Assembly (NCBI GenBank): GCA_032718475.1
Contig: JAUCBJ010006608.1
Coordinates: 12,082-76,081, forward strand
Direction of reading: 5' to 3'
Source: Nemertoderma westbladi
Lineage: Eukaryota; Animalia; Xenacoelomorpha
Length of the DNA: 64,000 nt
Part shown: positions 38,728-49,189 of the stretch, in pieces
Layout of the letters: each line of letters begins with the position of its first letter
Position numbering within the stretch: the stretch's first letter is position 1
The notes under the pieces: generated by a model
Told to the model about the DNA's origin: nothing
The model's database searches: none
Seen by the model: only the letters and a program-made list of their open reading frames with translations
Translations under genes and position numbers: made by a program

Positions 38728-39812
38728 TTATTGAATATGCTGTACCCACGACTGTTTCTTGGATCCGATGAATCGGACTAAATATTCTTTCTTCCCATTG
38801 CGTACACATTCTTTAAGTTTGCCAATATTTTTGTCAATTGGTAGATAAATATTACTATTCGGGTGGACCTTTTGGAGTTCGTATGAATAAAATGAGCCAT
38901 TTATTATAGCTCCAGCGCTGTCCTTAATATCGAACATTACCGCTGGTACTCTATCCAACCTGACACGATGAATAATAAATAATTCACGTGTCCATTGTTC
39001 TCGATAGCCTTTAGCAAAAGCAGTACGATAGATAATCGTACTGTATCTCCAACTTTAAATTTTATTTTCTTGTGATTAATCTGTCTATATTTCCCATATA
39101 ATCTATTCATTAATTCAGTTTCATTAAATTTATTAACTTCAATGGAAGTCATTTGTATTGTCCTATGATATGACCTATTATAAGCATAAATGAGCTTCGG
39201 TAAAATTTTTATCCAAATATTATTTCCCCGTTGCGTGAAAATTTTGAACATCTTTGTTTTTAATGTTCTATTGAATCTCTCGACAATAGCCGCCTTATTC
39301 ACAGAATACATTACGTAATACTGTATACCTAACGTATCTAAATATTTCCTTACAGATTTATTTAGAAACTCAGACCCTTGATCAGTCGCGATTCTGTTTG
39401 GTTTTCCTTTCTGGAATATTTTTTGCAATATACTAATAATTTCAATACCCTTTTTTGTTTTCATACCATAGGCAAAAGCAAGCCTGCTAAAGGCATCAAT
39501 ACATGTTAATATATAGTTATAATTATTATTTTGCGATTTATATTGCTGCATATCCACCAGATCTATCATATATATATCTTTTAAGCCTCCCGTAAATATT
39601 TTAGATGTTGGATAATGATGTCTACGTGGAGCGTGAAGGGTGTATGTCTTTTGCCCGCTCAGCCATTTCTGGGCTTGTGCTGGTTTGATGTTTGCAGCTT
39701 TTGCTAATTTTGCAACACTTGCAAATCCCGCGGGGGATGAAGGATCTAAATAATTTTTTAACAGTTTTTTGTCTAAGCTTCGGCTTAAAATCGGTTTCAT
39801 CTTGCGTGGCAT
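38728..39812 (-). pseudogene. Retroviral-like (rve) integrase with C-terminal chromodomain-like region; frameshifted
   Basis: DDE motifs IDLVDM, TDQGSEF, VERFNRTLK; frameshift near 39030 restores TAFAKGYREQWTRELF...GSFYSYELQKV...EYLVRFIG...SWV. Confidence 0.93.
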
Positions 39813-40036
39813 CTTTTCGACAACCACAAGTAATATGTATATTCAAATCTCTTATAAAGGGCATCACCGTAAGAACAACTGAAATTTTTTAATTATTTTC
39901 TTTGAAGTTGATGTTTTAAAGGGTTTTCTTTTTGTAGTATTTACTCTAGGTATATCTTGAGGTTTTAAATCAGTAGCTAACGGTTTACTCGATACTAAAT
40001 ATAATTTTCTAAATGTTACTCCTGTTTTAACCATTA

Positions 40037-40420
40037 TTACCGTCCGCGGTTAATTATTTTCGCAATAGCTGCTCCAGCAGCGGCGGCACCGGCACTCGCG
40101 GCGAGTTTCGCACCAATGCCGAGTAAGGGTATTAGAAACGGTAGTATACCTCCAGATTGATTGCTTAACTTTTTTCTGTAACTTGATATATTTTTTGTTT
40201 TACAGTTGAGTGCTTTCGATACCTTCTTATAGCGGCGAATATTTCTAAATGAATGAGGGGTCAATTGTACGTTACCTTTTAGAACATTTAATGCAGTATT
40301 TACAATGAGCCGTATTAATTCGTTACTCACGGTATGGTTAATAAAATAAGTTCTTTGTTGAGGGGTAGCGCTGCGTAGAAATTCCAGTTTGTTACGATAT
40401 TTCTGCACAAGTCTATTCAT
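40037..40420 (-). CDS. Small basic core-like protein (127 aa)
   Basis: LNVLKGNVQLT...QSGGILPFLIPLLG motif typical of the ORF between Polinton ATPase and integrase. Confidence 0.7.
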   Translation of the reverse strand: MNRLVQKYRNKLEFLRSATPQQRTYFINHTVSNELIRLIVNTALNVLKGNVQLTPHSFRNIRRYKKVSKALNCKTKNISSYRKKLSNQSGGILPFLIPLLGIGAKLAASAGAAAAGAAIAKIINRGR

Positions 40421-40457
40421 TGTTGCAACATTATTGAAAATTGTTACAAAATATTAA

Positions 40458-41042
40458 TTATTTATCATTATTATTATTATTATTATTTTCGCTACGTTTA
40501 TAGTCAATGTAATTTTTAATGTAACAATTATGATTACGAAATATATCCGATCTAAATCTTAAATGTTCGGGTGTTTCCTGTCGTAAATCAATTAAGAAAT
40601 GCGAAAATGGTTCAATTGTCGCATCTTGATAGGAATCAACTAAAAATTTGGTCTGCCCTGGTAACATCTGCTTCGCGAAATTTAAAACCGATAAACTGTC
40701 TCGCGGATTTTTCATTAATACTAAAGTATGGCTATTAATTGATCTTGTGCGGTTATGCTTCCCACCGTAAAACATGTTTTGCATTATAAAACAAATAAAT
40801 ATATTGGAATGATGAGCTACCTTAGTAAACAATACAGTTAAAGCTGTACTGGACTCAGTTTCTGTTAATAAATCATCTATAATTAATAAATCTCGACTAT
40901 TCACTAAACTATCTATATTTTCCGGCAAACCTTTGTAAAGGTGAGTAATACCCAGAATAGTTGGTGGATTGCTCCCGTAACAATATACAATTACTATGTA
41001 TATAACAATAATTGATGCAACTACAATATTAGAGTACTGCAT
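40458..41042 (-). pseudogene. A32/FtsK-like packaging ATPase lacking Walker A
   Basis: Walker B LLIIDDL, LFTKVAHHSN...QNMF, MKNPRD and FLIDL present; no GxxGxGKT; remnant start MSLYYNWK / APFVAA near 41125-41080. Confidence 0.85.
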
Positions 41043-41138
41043 ATTTAATTAACATATGACACAACTACAGTATGTGATGCTCGCTGCAACAAAAGGTGCT
41101 ATTTCCAATTATAGTATAGACTCATTTTCAATGTAATT

Positions 41139-41591
41139 TCAAGCATGGTGAGCATCTTTATACGCGAAATAATGATAGGTAACATCGGCGGTTTGGAAAT
41201 CACTTCCCGAGAATTTCGCGCTAATGATTTTTTTATGTTCGCTGCTAAAAAAATAAGGAATATAGTAGCAACACCGTCGTACTATATTTCTATAAAAAAT
41301 ATTCTCCAATATTGTAAATAAATCTCCTGGATCATTACTTTCCGCAGAAATATAAGTTATATTGCGAAGCTCTTTCCAATAATAGGGTTGGTATCTTGCC
41401 AACTTTATATTTAACTTAGATATGGGTGCGCGACAAATAGGACAAATTTTAGAACAATAATTATTCATTTCGGAATATTGTATAATACATTGTACGCAAG
41501 TTGCATGTTTATTTTCACATTTATAATAATCTCGATGTTGTTGCAATAACTTAGAATAGCAAACTGGACATTTTTCATTTAAAATATCCAT
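41139..41591 (-). CDS. C3HC4 RING-finger protein (putative E3 ligase)
   Basis: CPVC...CENKHATCVQC...CPICR. Confidence 0.75.
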   Translation of the reverse strand: MDILNEKCPVCYSKLLQQHRDYYKCENKHATCVQCIIQYSEMNNYCSKICPICRAPISKLNIKLARYQPYYWKELRNITYISAESNDPGDLFTILENIFYRNIVRRCCYYIPYFFSSEHKKIISAKFSGSDFQTADVTYHYFAYKDAHHA

Positions 41592-41759
41592 TTTCCAAAT
41601 TTTAAAGTAAATTGAAAATAATTACCACAATACACAACAACAACAACAACAAACAAATCTGTTATACTGTATATGCAATTACTACTACAATTTTCGATTA
41701 TTTAAAAACATCAAAATTTTATATATAATCATAAAATATTTATAATATAGAGGGAAAAG

Positions 41760-42203
41760 TCAAGAATCAATGATATTATCAACATATTCAACATTATCTG
41801 TTGATTCTTCAGGTTCGATAAAGGATTCTTTTGAAATCATTACAATAAAGAAAGACATAATTTCGTAGGGGCTATGCCGATTTAGCCGTATTTCAAACTT
41901 TTCACCAGCTTCGTTGTATTGTGTAATAACAATAAACCCCTCTATCATGGATAATAGTAAGATGTTGATTAATTTTCCCTCATGCTCAACTTTCAGGTTG
42001 TAATCTAAGAGATGAATACTATTATCAGAAGCATCAATATCAATTGAGCTTAAAACTTTCCTGGCTTTTTCAGAAAACTCAATTTTATATTTATCATCTC
42101 CCTGACGGTAAATTGTATAATCAATAACAATATAGGCTTGACCATCTTCTGCAAAAAATGAATGCCTTACTATTGGCATAACCATATCGGAATCAGAAGA
42201 CAT
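41760..42203 (-). CDS. Polinton hypothetical acidic protein (147 aa)
   Basis: ATG ORF at the start of the minus-strand gene block; a TA run upstream near 42300 could be a TATA box. Confidence 0.55.
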   Translation of the reverse strand: MSSDSDMVMPIVRHSFFAEDGQAYIVIDYTIYRQGDDKYKIEFSEKARKVLSSIDIDASDNSIHLLDYNLKVEHEGKLINILLLSMIEGFIVITQYNEAGEKFEIRLNRHSPYEIMSFFIVMISKESFIEPEESTDNVEYVDNIIDS

Positions 42204-42770
42204 TATTTAATTTATTTTATTGTAAATCAAACAAACAAAGTAAAAACTTTTAAACTAAAACCATTACAAATGATTAATTGTGATTAAAGCAAGAGATTAT
42301 ATATATATAAGATATTTTCAAAAATAATACAGGTCTTAAACTGAGAAATAGCCTAAATTCGGTTTATTGATTGGTTGATTAGCCGGTAGGGAACTACTGT
42401 ATAAACAAAAAAATTATTTGGTTCTGCGTAATAATAATAATCACTAATGCTCGTATACGCGTAGCTGGAACGTGACGGAATCTCATGTATCATACTGGTT
42501 GGTTTGTTGATTTGGCGACAGCAGTCGTGGAGTTGGCAATCAATATAATATAATATATGCATGATGCGTGTAGATGGCCACGTCGTTACCATATACAGTA
42601 TACAGTGGTGGTGGTAACGTGGCAGTGGTGGTAACGTGGTGAAAAGGTGAATAACATTAGGGTTAGTCAGTCAGTCGAGTAAGGCGGGCATCGTGAGGTT
42701 AGGCTACGCTACGATTGGTTGATGGCAACTGCTGATGGTGACATATGGTGAAGTAAGGCAGACATCGCGT

Positions 42771-42968
42771 GGTTAGGCTACGCGTAGGTGAATACGCAAC
42801 GATTGGTTGAAGGCAAGGCAACGACGCGAATCAATACTGTTGGTGACAGATGGTCATTAAACACCGCGATTTAGCACCGGAATTTGGCATTTTTAATAGC
42901 CCTCCGAGATCTAGCCCGTAGCCCAAGCTAGGGAGGAGTACGCCCAGGTCTATGTTTCTCCTACTACT
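42771..42968 (-). repeat. Right TIR of the Polinton
   Basis: Ends ...TTTCTCCTACTACT followed by TSD GTTAAT. Confidence 0.95.
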
Positions 42969-43147
42969 GTTAATCTCTCATAACCTGATTTTGTGATACA
43001 GTCGCACAATTTTAATTTGTATCTCATAACTGGGCCTCGTGCTGCGCGAAGGCCCCACGAACGTGTAAGCTTATGCACGATGTATTTCATATAAATAAAA
43101 GCGAACATAGATGAAAAGTAGGGATATTTACAAAATATTTTAATAAG

Positions 43148-43378
43148 TTGAGCTCAATTCACTCACACAAAACCCGTGGTTCTAATACCGGATGTTTCTT
43201 TATCCCATCCACCGGACTACTCGTGGCTCAGAATTCCGTGAAATATATGGGTCCTGTTCTCTGGAACTACTTGCCCAAAAACATTAGAGACATAAAAAAT
43301 AAAAATAATTTTTCAAAGCATCTAAAAAAACTATTTCTTAGATGCGCTATAAAAATAATAATAATCAATGGTTTATAG
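43148..43378 (+). pseudogene. 3' end of a CR1/L2-like LINE ORF2
   Basis: HSHKTRG...SVKYMGPVLWNYLPKNIR...FSKHLKK C-terminal motif. Confidence 0.75.
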
Positions 43379-43454
43379 TGAAATATACACATCTACTGAC
43401 TGATTTCTAATTTTATTGTCATTCTGTCACTAAACTAACTACCCGGACTAACTA

Positions 43455-43742
43455 CTCCATTTCGTTCTTTTTTTTAATATTACAAATATATATATTCTTC
43501 AGAATTACCTGGGCGCGGGTCACGCCTTCCTTTATTTTTTTTATCTTTTGTTAAATATATACTACAGATCTACCCGGGCGCGGGGCCACGCAGTCCCTCC
43601 ATTTCGTTCTTTTTTTAAATATTTTAAATATATATATTTTGCAGAATTACCTGGGCGCGGGTCACGGCTTCCTTTATTTTTTATCATTTGTTAAATATAC
43701 ACTACAAATCTAGCCGGGCGCGGGGTCAGGCAGTCCCTCCAT
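43455..43742. repeat. Tandem repeat of ~120-125 bp, about 2.3 copies, with GGGCGCGGG cores
   Basis: CTCCATTTCGTTC...AGAATTACCTGGGCGCGGGTCACG...CCGGGCGCGGGG recurs. Confidence 0.7.
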
Positions 43743-44404
43743 GTTTACCCATCATATTTCCTACCTTTTAATTTTCTAATTATTAGGAATATATCATACA
43801 GAACTACCCGAACGCGGGTTCATGCAATGCCGCTAAGAATGTAAAATATAAATAACTAAACCCTCCCTCCATAGTAGCAGCAGCTTCCAACGCTCATATC
43901 ATCAATCGTTCGCTTCATATCTTTAAATCAACTACCCGCGCAGTTCATTTAAAATACATATTAGTAAATACATGAACATCATTGCAAAATTTTATAAATG
44001 ACAGGCTATCAGACCCCTTACCAGTTCCTATCCATACATTCACCCTCAATTACCACCCCGCCTCCCTTTACACCCCCACACCCCTCTCACATTGTGATCA
44101 AAACAAAAAGCAAAGCAAACAGTCGGCCGAAGCCGGAGGCGACCCCTACCTCACATTGTGATCAGTATTCATTAATATATTATTTTTCCTTACGTGGTGG
44201 CAGCAACCACTAGCTTAGCTATTAGCTTCCACCCTTTGTGGAAGCAAATAATAATTTATTAATTTATATCTAGGATAATTAATTATAACCTACTAGTATA
44301 TGTAGGCCTATATGTATATTGAATTTAATTAATTATTGTCGAAAATTAAAATTGAAATTAAAATAATTAATTATAAATCAGTTTCCGGTCTGCCGGTGTA
44401 GATA

Positions 44405-44770
44405 ATGATGAGATCAGGCATTTTGAACTTCCGGCCAAATCAGTCCAAATCAATCCTATGCGTAAGCTCAAAGGATGGTATGCTTGAGCATGTGGACGAC
44501 TTCTGTTACCTGGGATCATGGATCCGGAACTCAGGTGGGGACCTCCGAAAACGTAAGGGAAAGGATTGGGCTGCCTTGAATAGGCTTTCCAGGATTTGGA
44601 AGCCACTGAGAATTCATCGGAAAATTAATGTCCGAATATTTAGAGCAGCAGTAGTTCCAGTACTCCTCTATGGGAGTCCATGCTGGGCTCTAACTGCTGA
44701 GGACACCAAATCTTTGGATGCCACTTTCACAAGAATGCTACGCCGAGTTCACTGTTCATACACTATATAA
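44405..44770 (+). pseudogene. RTE-clade LINE reverse transcriptase fragment (thumb region)
   Basis: LEHVDDFCYLGSWI...LSRIWK...IFRAAVVPVLLYGSPCWAL...FTRMLRR. Confidence 0.85.
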
Positions 44771-45831
44771 CATTGGAGCTGTCTCATTAGTTCCCCCAAG
44801 CTTGACACTAGAATAAAGCCGCCTCCGCTTTGCAGGACATTGCTTTCGCGGTGAGAACCAAACAGGGCATAATCTTGTGATTTGGCGGCCTCATGGAGTG
44901 AATAAGCAAGGTGGACAGCCCTTTCTTAAGTCTTCCCCCCAGTCCAGTCTTTCTTAAGACGCATCTTAAAGGACACCTTACATGAAAATGAGGATGATCT
45001 AGCAAATGACATGTATGGTAGGGAGTTGTGGCGGTGCAATTTTGTCGACAAGCCGGCACAGCATTTATAATATATATATATAATGCAGCAGTAATGCAGC
45101 ATGCCGATCCTAGTAGTAGTAGTACAATCAATAAAATCAAGAATTATCGAGAGCGCTCTAGATATTTTTTTAAATTGCCATTTAGGGGTTCCATAGACAC
45201 TGTACATGATTGGACAGCTGATAATATTGTTTAATTAATCTACAGTTCTAACATTAATGTGTAATACACTAATATATATGCGTGTATAGTGGTACAACTG
45301 ACAGAACTACGTAGAAGTAGCGGTGTGAGAGAAATGAACATATAAGGCCTCGGAATTTACAAATTAAACGTTGTGGTGGGCCTTCGGGCAACACGAGAGT
45401 CTATATGTGAGAATATCTTAAATATCTATTAGACATAGCGAAACTGCAAAATATATTGACAATAATTTATTGTATTACAGTAGGCCTATATATATATACT
45501 GTATGTGTATAACTTATTGTTAAAAACGTTTAAAAGGACCCTTCAAAGGTTCTTAAGCGTTTGAAATTAATGTTTTGTGTTAAATTGTTTAATGTTAAAT
45601 TACCAATTTAGAGAAAGGATCAGGTTAAAGTGGCACGTTACGGTATTCCAACCAAAACAATAAACGAAAATCAATAGAAAGGTTACACTTTTATTTTTTT
45701 TGTGAGTAATTATATGCGTTATTTTCCCCTGGAGAAGGATGACAATTACACATACTGTAACTTACATTGTGTGCTTTTATGTCCTATGATTTACATGAAA
45801 TTAAATATAAATAAAATGATTTTTTTAACAG

Positions 45832-46665
45832 GGTCAACAAATACAAGAACAGGTTGCTGCGTTGGAAGAACTGATAAAAGAACAGTTTACAGAGTTGAAA
45901 GGCCAGTTTACAGAGTTGAAAGAACAGAATACAGAGTTGAAAGAACAGAATACAGAGTTAATTGAAAAGGTTGGAGATTTGAAAGAACAGAATACAGAGT
46001 TAAAAGAAAAGGTTGGAGATTTGAAAGAACAGAATACAGAGTTAAAAGAAAAGGTTGGAGATTTGAAAGAACAGAATACAGAGTTGAAAGACCAGTTTAC
46101 AGAGTTGAAAGACCAGTTTACAGGGTTAAAACTGTATAAGCTGATAGCGCCTATCCTAAAGCATAACGATGGAGTAAAGATTCAGCAAAGAGTTGATGGA
46201 TCTGTTGACTTCTATCGTAACTGGGATGAATATGTTGAAGGATTTGGCGACCCGAATACCAATTTTTGGTTGGGGTTGGAGACGATCCACAATGTGAGTG
46301 AAGGCGGGGTGAAGTTGAGGGTCGATTTGTGGTTCAACAACGAACACCGATACGCGGAATACAAGAACTTCTCTATCGGATCAGCTGCAACTAATTATCG
46401 CCTAAATGTATCCGGTTACCATGGTACTGCTGGTGACTCATTGACATATCTCAACGGTTTCCAATTCACCACCAAGGACCGCGATAATGACAGGAGGGAC
46501 TACGGCAACTGCGCCGTAAAACGTACTGGGGCGTGGTGGTACAACTACTGCGTGGTCAGTAACTTGAATGGAGAATATGGTGCGGGGGATAAGAAAGGAC
46601 CTTATTGGGGTCGTTTTACTGGATTTAATCCGGCTTCTCGAGTTGAAATGAAGATTTGGATTTAG
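45832..46665 (+). CDS. Terminal exon of a fibrinogen-related (FReD; ficolin/angiopoietin-like) protein with a coiled-coil stalk
   Basis: TTTTTTTAACAG acceptor, phase 0; heptads ELKEQNT/ELKEKVG; QQRVDGSVDFYRNWDEYVEGFG...FWLGLE...FTTKDRDND...NCA...GAWWYNYC...SNLNG; AATAAA near 46764. Confidence 0.92.
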   Translation, partial: GQQIQEQVAALEELIKEQFTELKGQFTELKEQNTELKEQNTELIEKVGDLKEQNTELKEKVGDLKEQNTELKEKVGDLKEQNTELKDQFTELKDQFTGLKLYKLIAPILKHNDGVKIQQRVDGSVDFYRNWDEYVEGFGDPNTNFWLGLETIHNVSEGGVKLRVDLWFNNEHRYAEYKNFSIGSAATNYRLNVSGYHGTAGDSLTYLNGFQFTTKDRDNDRRDYGNCAVKRTGAWWYNYCVVSNLNGEYGAGDKKGPYWGRFTGFNPASRVEMKIWI

Positions 46666-47261
46666 TAAAACTGTAAGTTTTATATAAAATTACTAAATAA
46701 TTCCAATAGAGTTGCGTTGGAAACTAACTTTTATATTTAATTATAAAATATATAAATAATATTAATAAAATATATGATATTTGTGTGAAAAGTTCCTGAT
46801 TAATAATAATGAGTTCCTGAATAAATATCGTTTTTTACTATAAAATTATTGACTTTAACGTTTTTATTATTTATTTTGCAGTTTGAATTCCCAATAAGTT
46901 TTAGAAGAGACTGAATCTTGGCTATTCTGCTATATGTTACCAGTTTATATGTGTGATGGTTATGGGTTATTGGTTTATGTTTGGTTAATATTTACAATAT
47001 ATTAATAAATTATAGTTGCAATAACTTAACTTTATTTACTTAACTTGCTGTTAGACCAGGAGGGGCTGGTTGCATATAAATCAACCTTAGCTAAGGTGAA
47101 CCTTAACTCATAAGTGTTGCCTTAAATATTTCAACATCCGTATCAGTTGTCTGCCTAATATTACCTAATATATTTTATAGAAACATTTTGAGAACGTCGG
47201 AGGAGGTCCGATAGCAAAATTAGTACTTTTCAAAATCTAATTGGTTACATTTTACTAGATA

Positions 47262-47387
47262 TAATCCGGCTTCTCGAGTTGAAATGAAAATTTGGATTTA
47301 GTAAAACTGTAAGTTTTATATAAAATTACTGAATAATTTCAATAGAGTTGCGTTGGAAACTAACTTTTACATTTAATTATAAAATTA
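47262..47387 (+). repeat. Partial duplicate of the FReD stop codon region and 3' UTR
   Basis: TAATCCGGCTTCTCGAGTTGAAATGAAAATTTGGATTTAG... matches 46626-46750. Confidence 0.85.
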
Positions 47388-49189
47388 ATTTTTATTCTAC
47401 CTAAACTAACTAAGGCTAACTAAAAGCCAGTAGTGTAGCCAGTAGTGTAGTTGGGTCCCTCCCCATTGAACGAACAGCTTTGCTTACAGTCTGAGAGAGA
47501 GAAATTCCAGCCCCTAAATGTCATTATTATTAACCTATAAAACATTTGAACGGCCCAGTGCTTATAATTCAATCAGCTTGTGTCCCACCTAACATAGCAG
47601 TGAGTACGGTAACCCTTTAGATATTCCCATAGATTTCACTGGAAAGAGCTATTCAGCTGTCGGTCTAATACATTACTATGTTTGCTTTCTTTCTGGGATT
47701 GAGTGAGATAGTGATAAACTTATTGGCAAGTAATGGACTTCTGTGCAGTTTGGGCCTAACCATTCAATCAATAGTAGTAGCTTACTAGGCCCTCATGAGC
47801 AATCGAAGCAGATGTTTCTATCATTGAGTCTATGGTACATTTCGTGCTTTGAGGCTATTTTTAGAAATAAAAACAAAGATAGATAAAGATAGATTGGAAA
47901 ATATAATTTTTTTCGAAACTTTTTTGTCCACATCCTGGGGTTGAGCTGCGTCGATTGATATAACTTTCATTGACGGACGAGCTATAGCTTCTGAGGAGTT
48001 CACCCGATATACATATGTGCATACTTTTACAGTAATAATTCCTAACGGTCTTCTAATAACAAATATGATATGATAACTTTTGCTGAAAAGTTACATTTTT
48101 ATTACTTTAACATTTTTATTATTTATTTTGCAGTTTGATGTCGGATATTTCCAGCTATAAACTCAATGTAACAATATGTGTTAATATAAATCTTGGTCTA
48201 TTTATCTATTATTATTACACATTGCCACGGTGAGGGGTTTATTGTGACAGCTATTTGGTTCAATACAGTATTATATTACTTTCTAGTGCTGGATATAGGT
48301 ACGATCTAGGATGAGGTTTATTGTTTTGATTATACTCAGTTCGATTACTATTACTTGTTTATATACATTGTTGCCACAATTGACGCATGGCGTCCTGATA
48401 TGGTGACTCGAGTGGGATACCCAACCAATTCTTAGAATTTATTATTTTTTGTACATTTGATATTGGCTTACGGACTTTATTCTACACTCTTAAGATGCGT
48501 ATTTTTGCTTACGGCCACACAATGTCCAATACATTCCATACTATTCCTTTACACTTACCGGTATTGACTCATGTCCTGTAGGAATAACATCTGTGAACGT
48601 AAACAAATCTACAAACGACCCAATCCCTATATTATCTCTAGTCAAATTAGCTGCTGAACCTTTAGCATTTTACCTGTCTGAATTTTTCAATGCATTTATA
48701 TAAAATCATGAACGTGACGATTGGAACGAACAAATTGGTGTCTGGGTACCCGTTGAGTGACCCTTGACCCTGCGGGGGGAAGGTGAGCTCTGTTCCCGGG
48801 CGACAGCAGGAGGTCCCTAAAGGGGGGAGTGGGGTTAAAACTCGACCTCCACTTCCCAGAGCCTCTGACACCATCGGTGGATCGAGTCTACCTCCTAAAT
48901 TCATGAAGAGACTACCATCGACTACGATGACACGATCCATAACCACACCAAGAGGCCCCAGAAGGAGAACGAGGACGAGATTTTCAAGGGTCTGAGGGAA
49001 AACATCAACAAGATGTTCGGGAAGTCTCAAACGATGTCACCAGGAGGGATAAGTAGATATTTGAGTAAAATAAACTACCATATACATGGTAACTCAAATA
49101 AGTGAACCACATAAAATCTCAACCATGAGACAATATATTAAAGGTAAAATAGGGAAGGTGAACTCGATTTAAAGTTAACAGTAGGAGGT

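Larger units (their letters stand above)
26011..42968. mobile_element. Polinton/Maverick (adintovirus-like) element, fully delimited, decayed
   Basis: 198-bp TIRs starting AGTAGT; 6-bp TSD GTTAAT (26005-26010, 42969-42974); pPolB, integrase, adenain protease, ATPase and penton-like genes inside. Confidence 0.97.
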
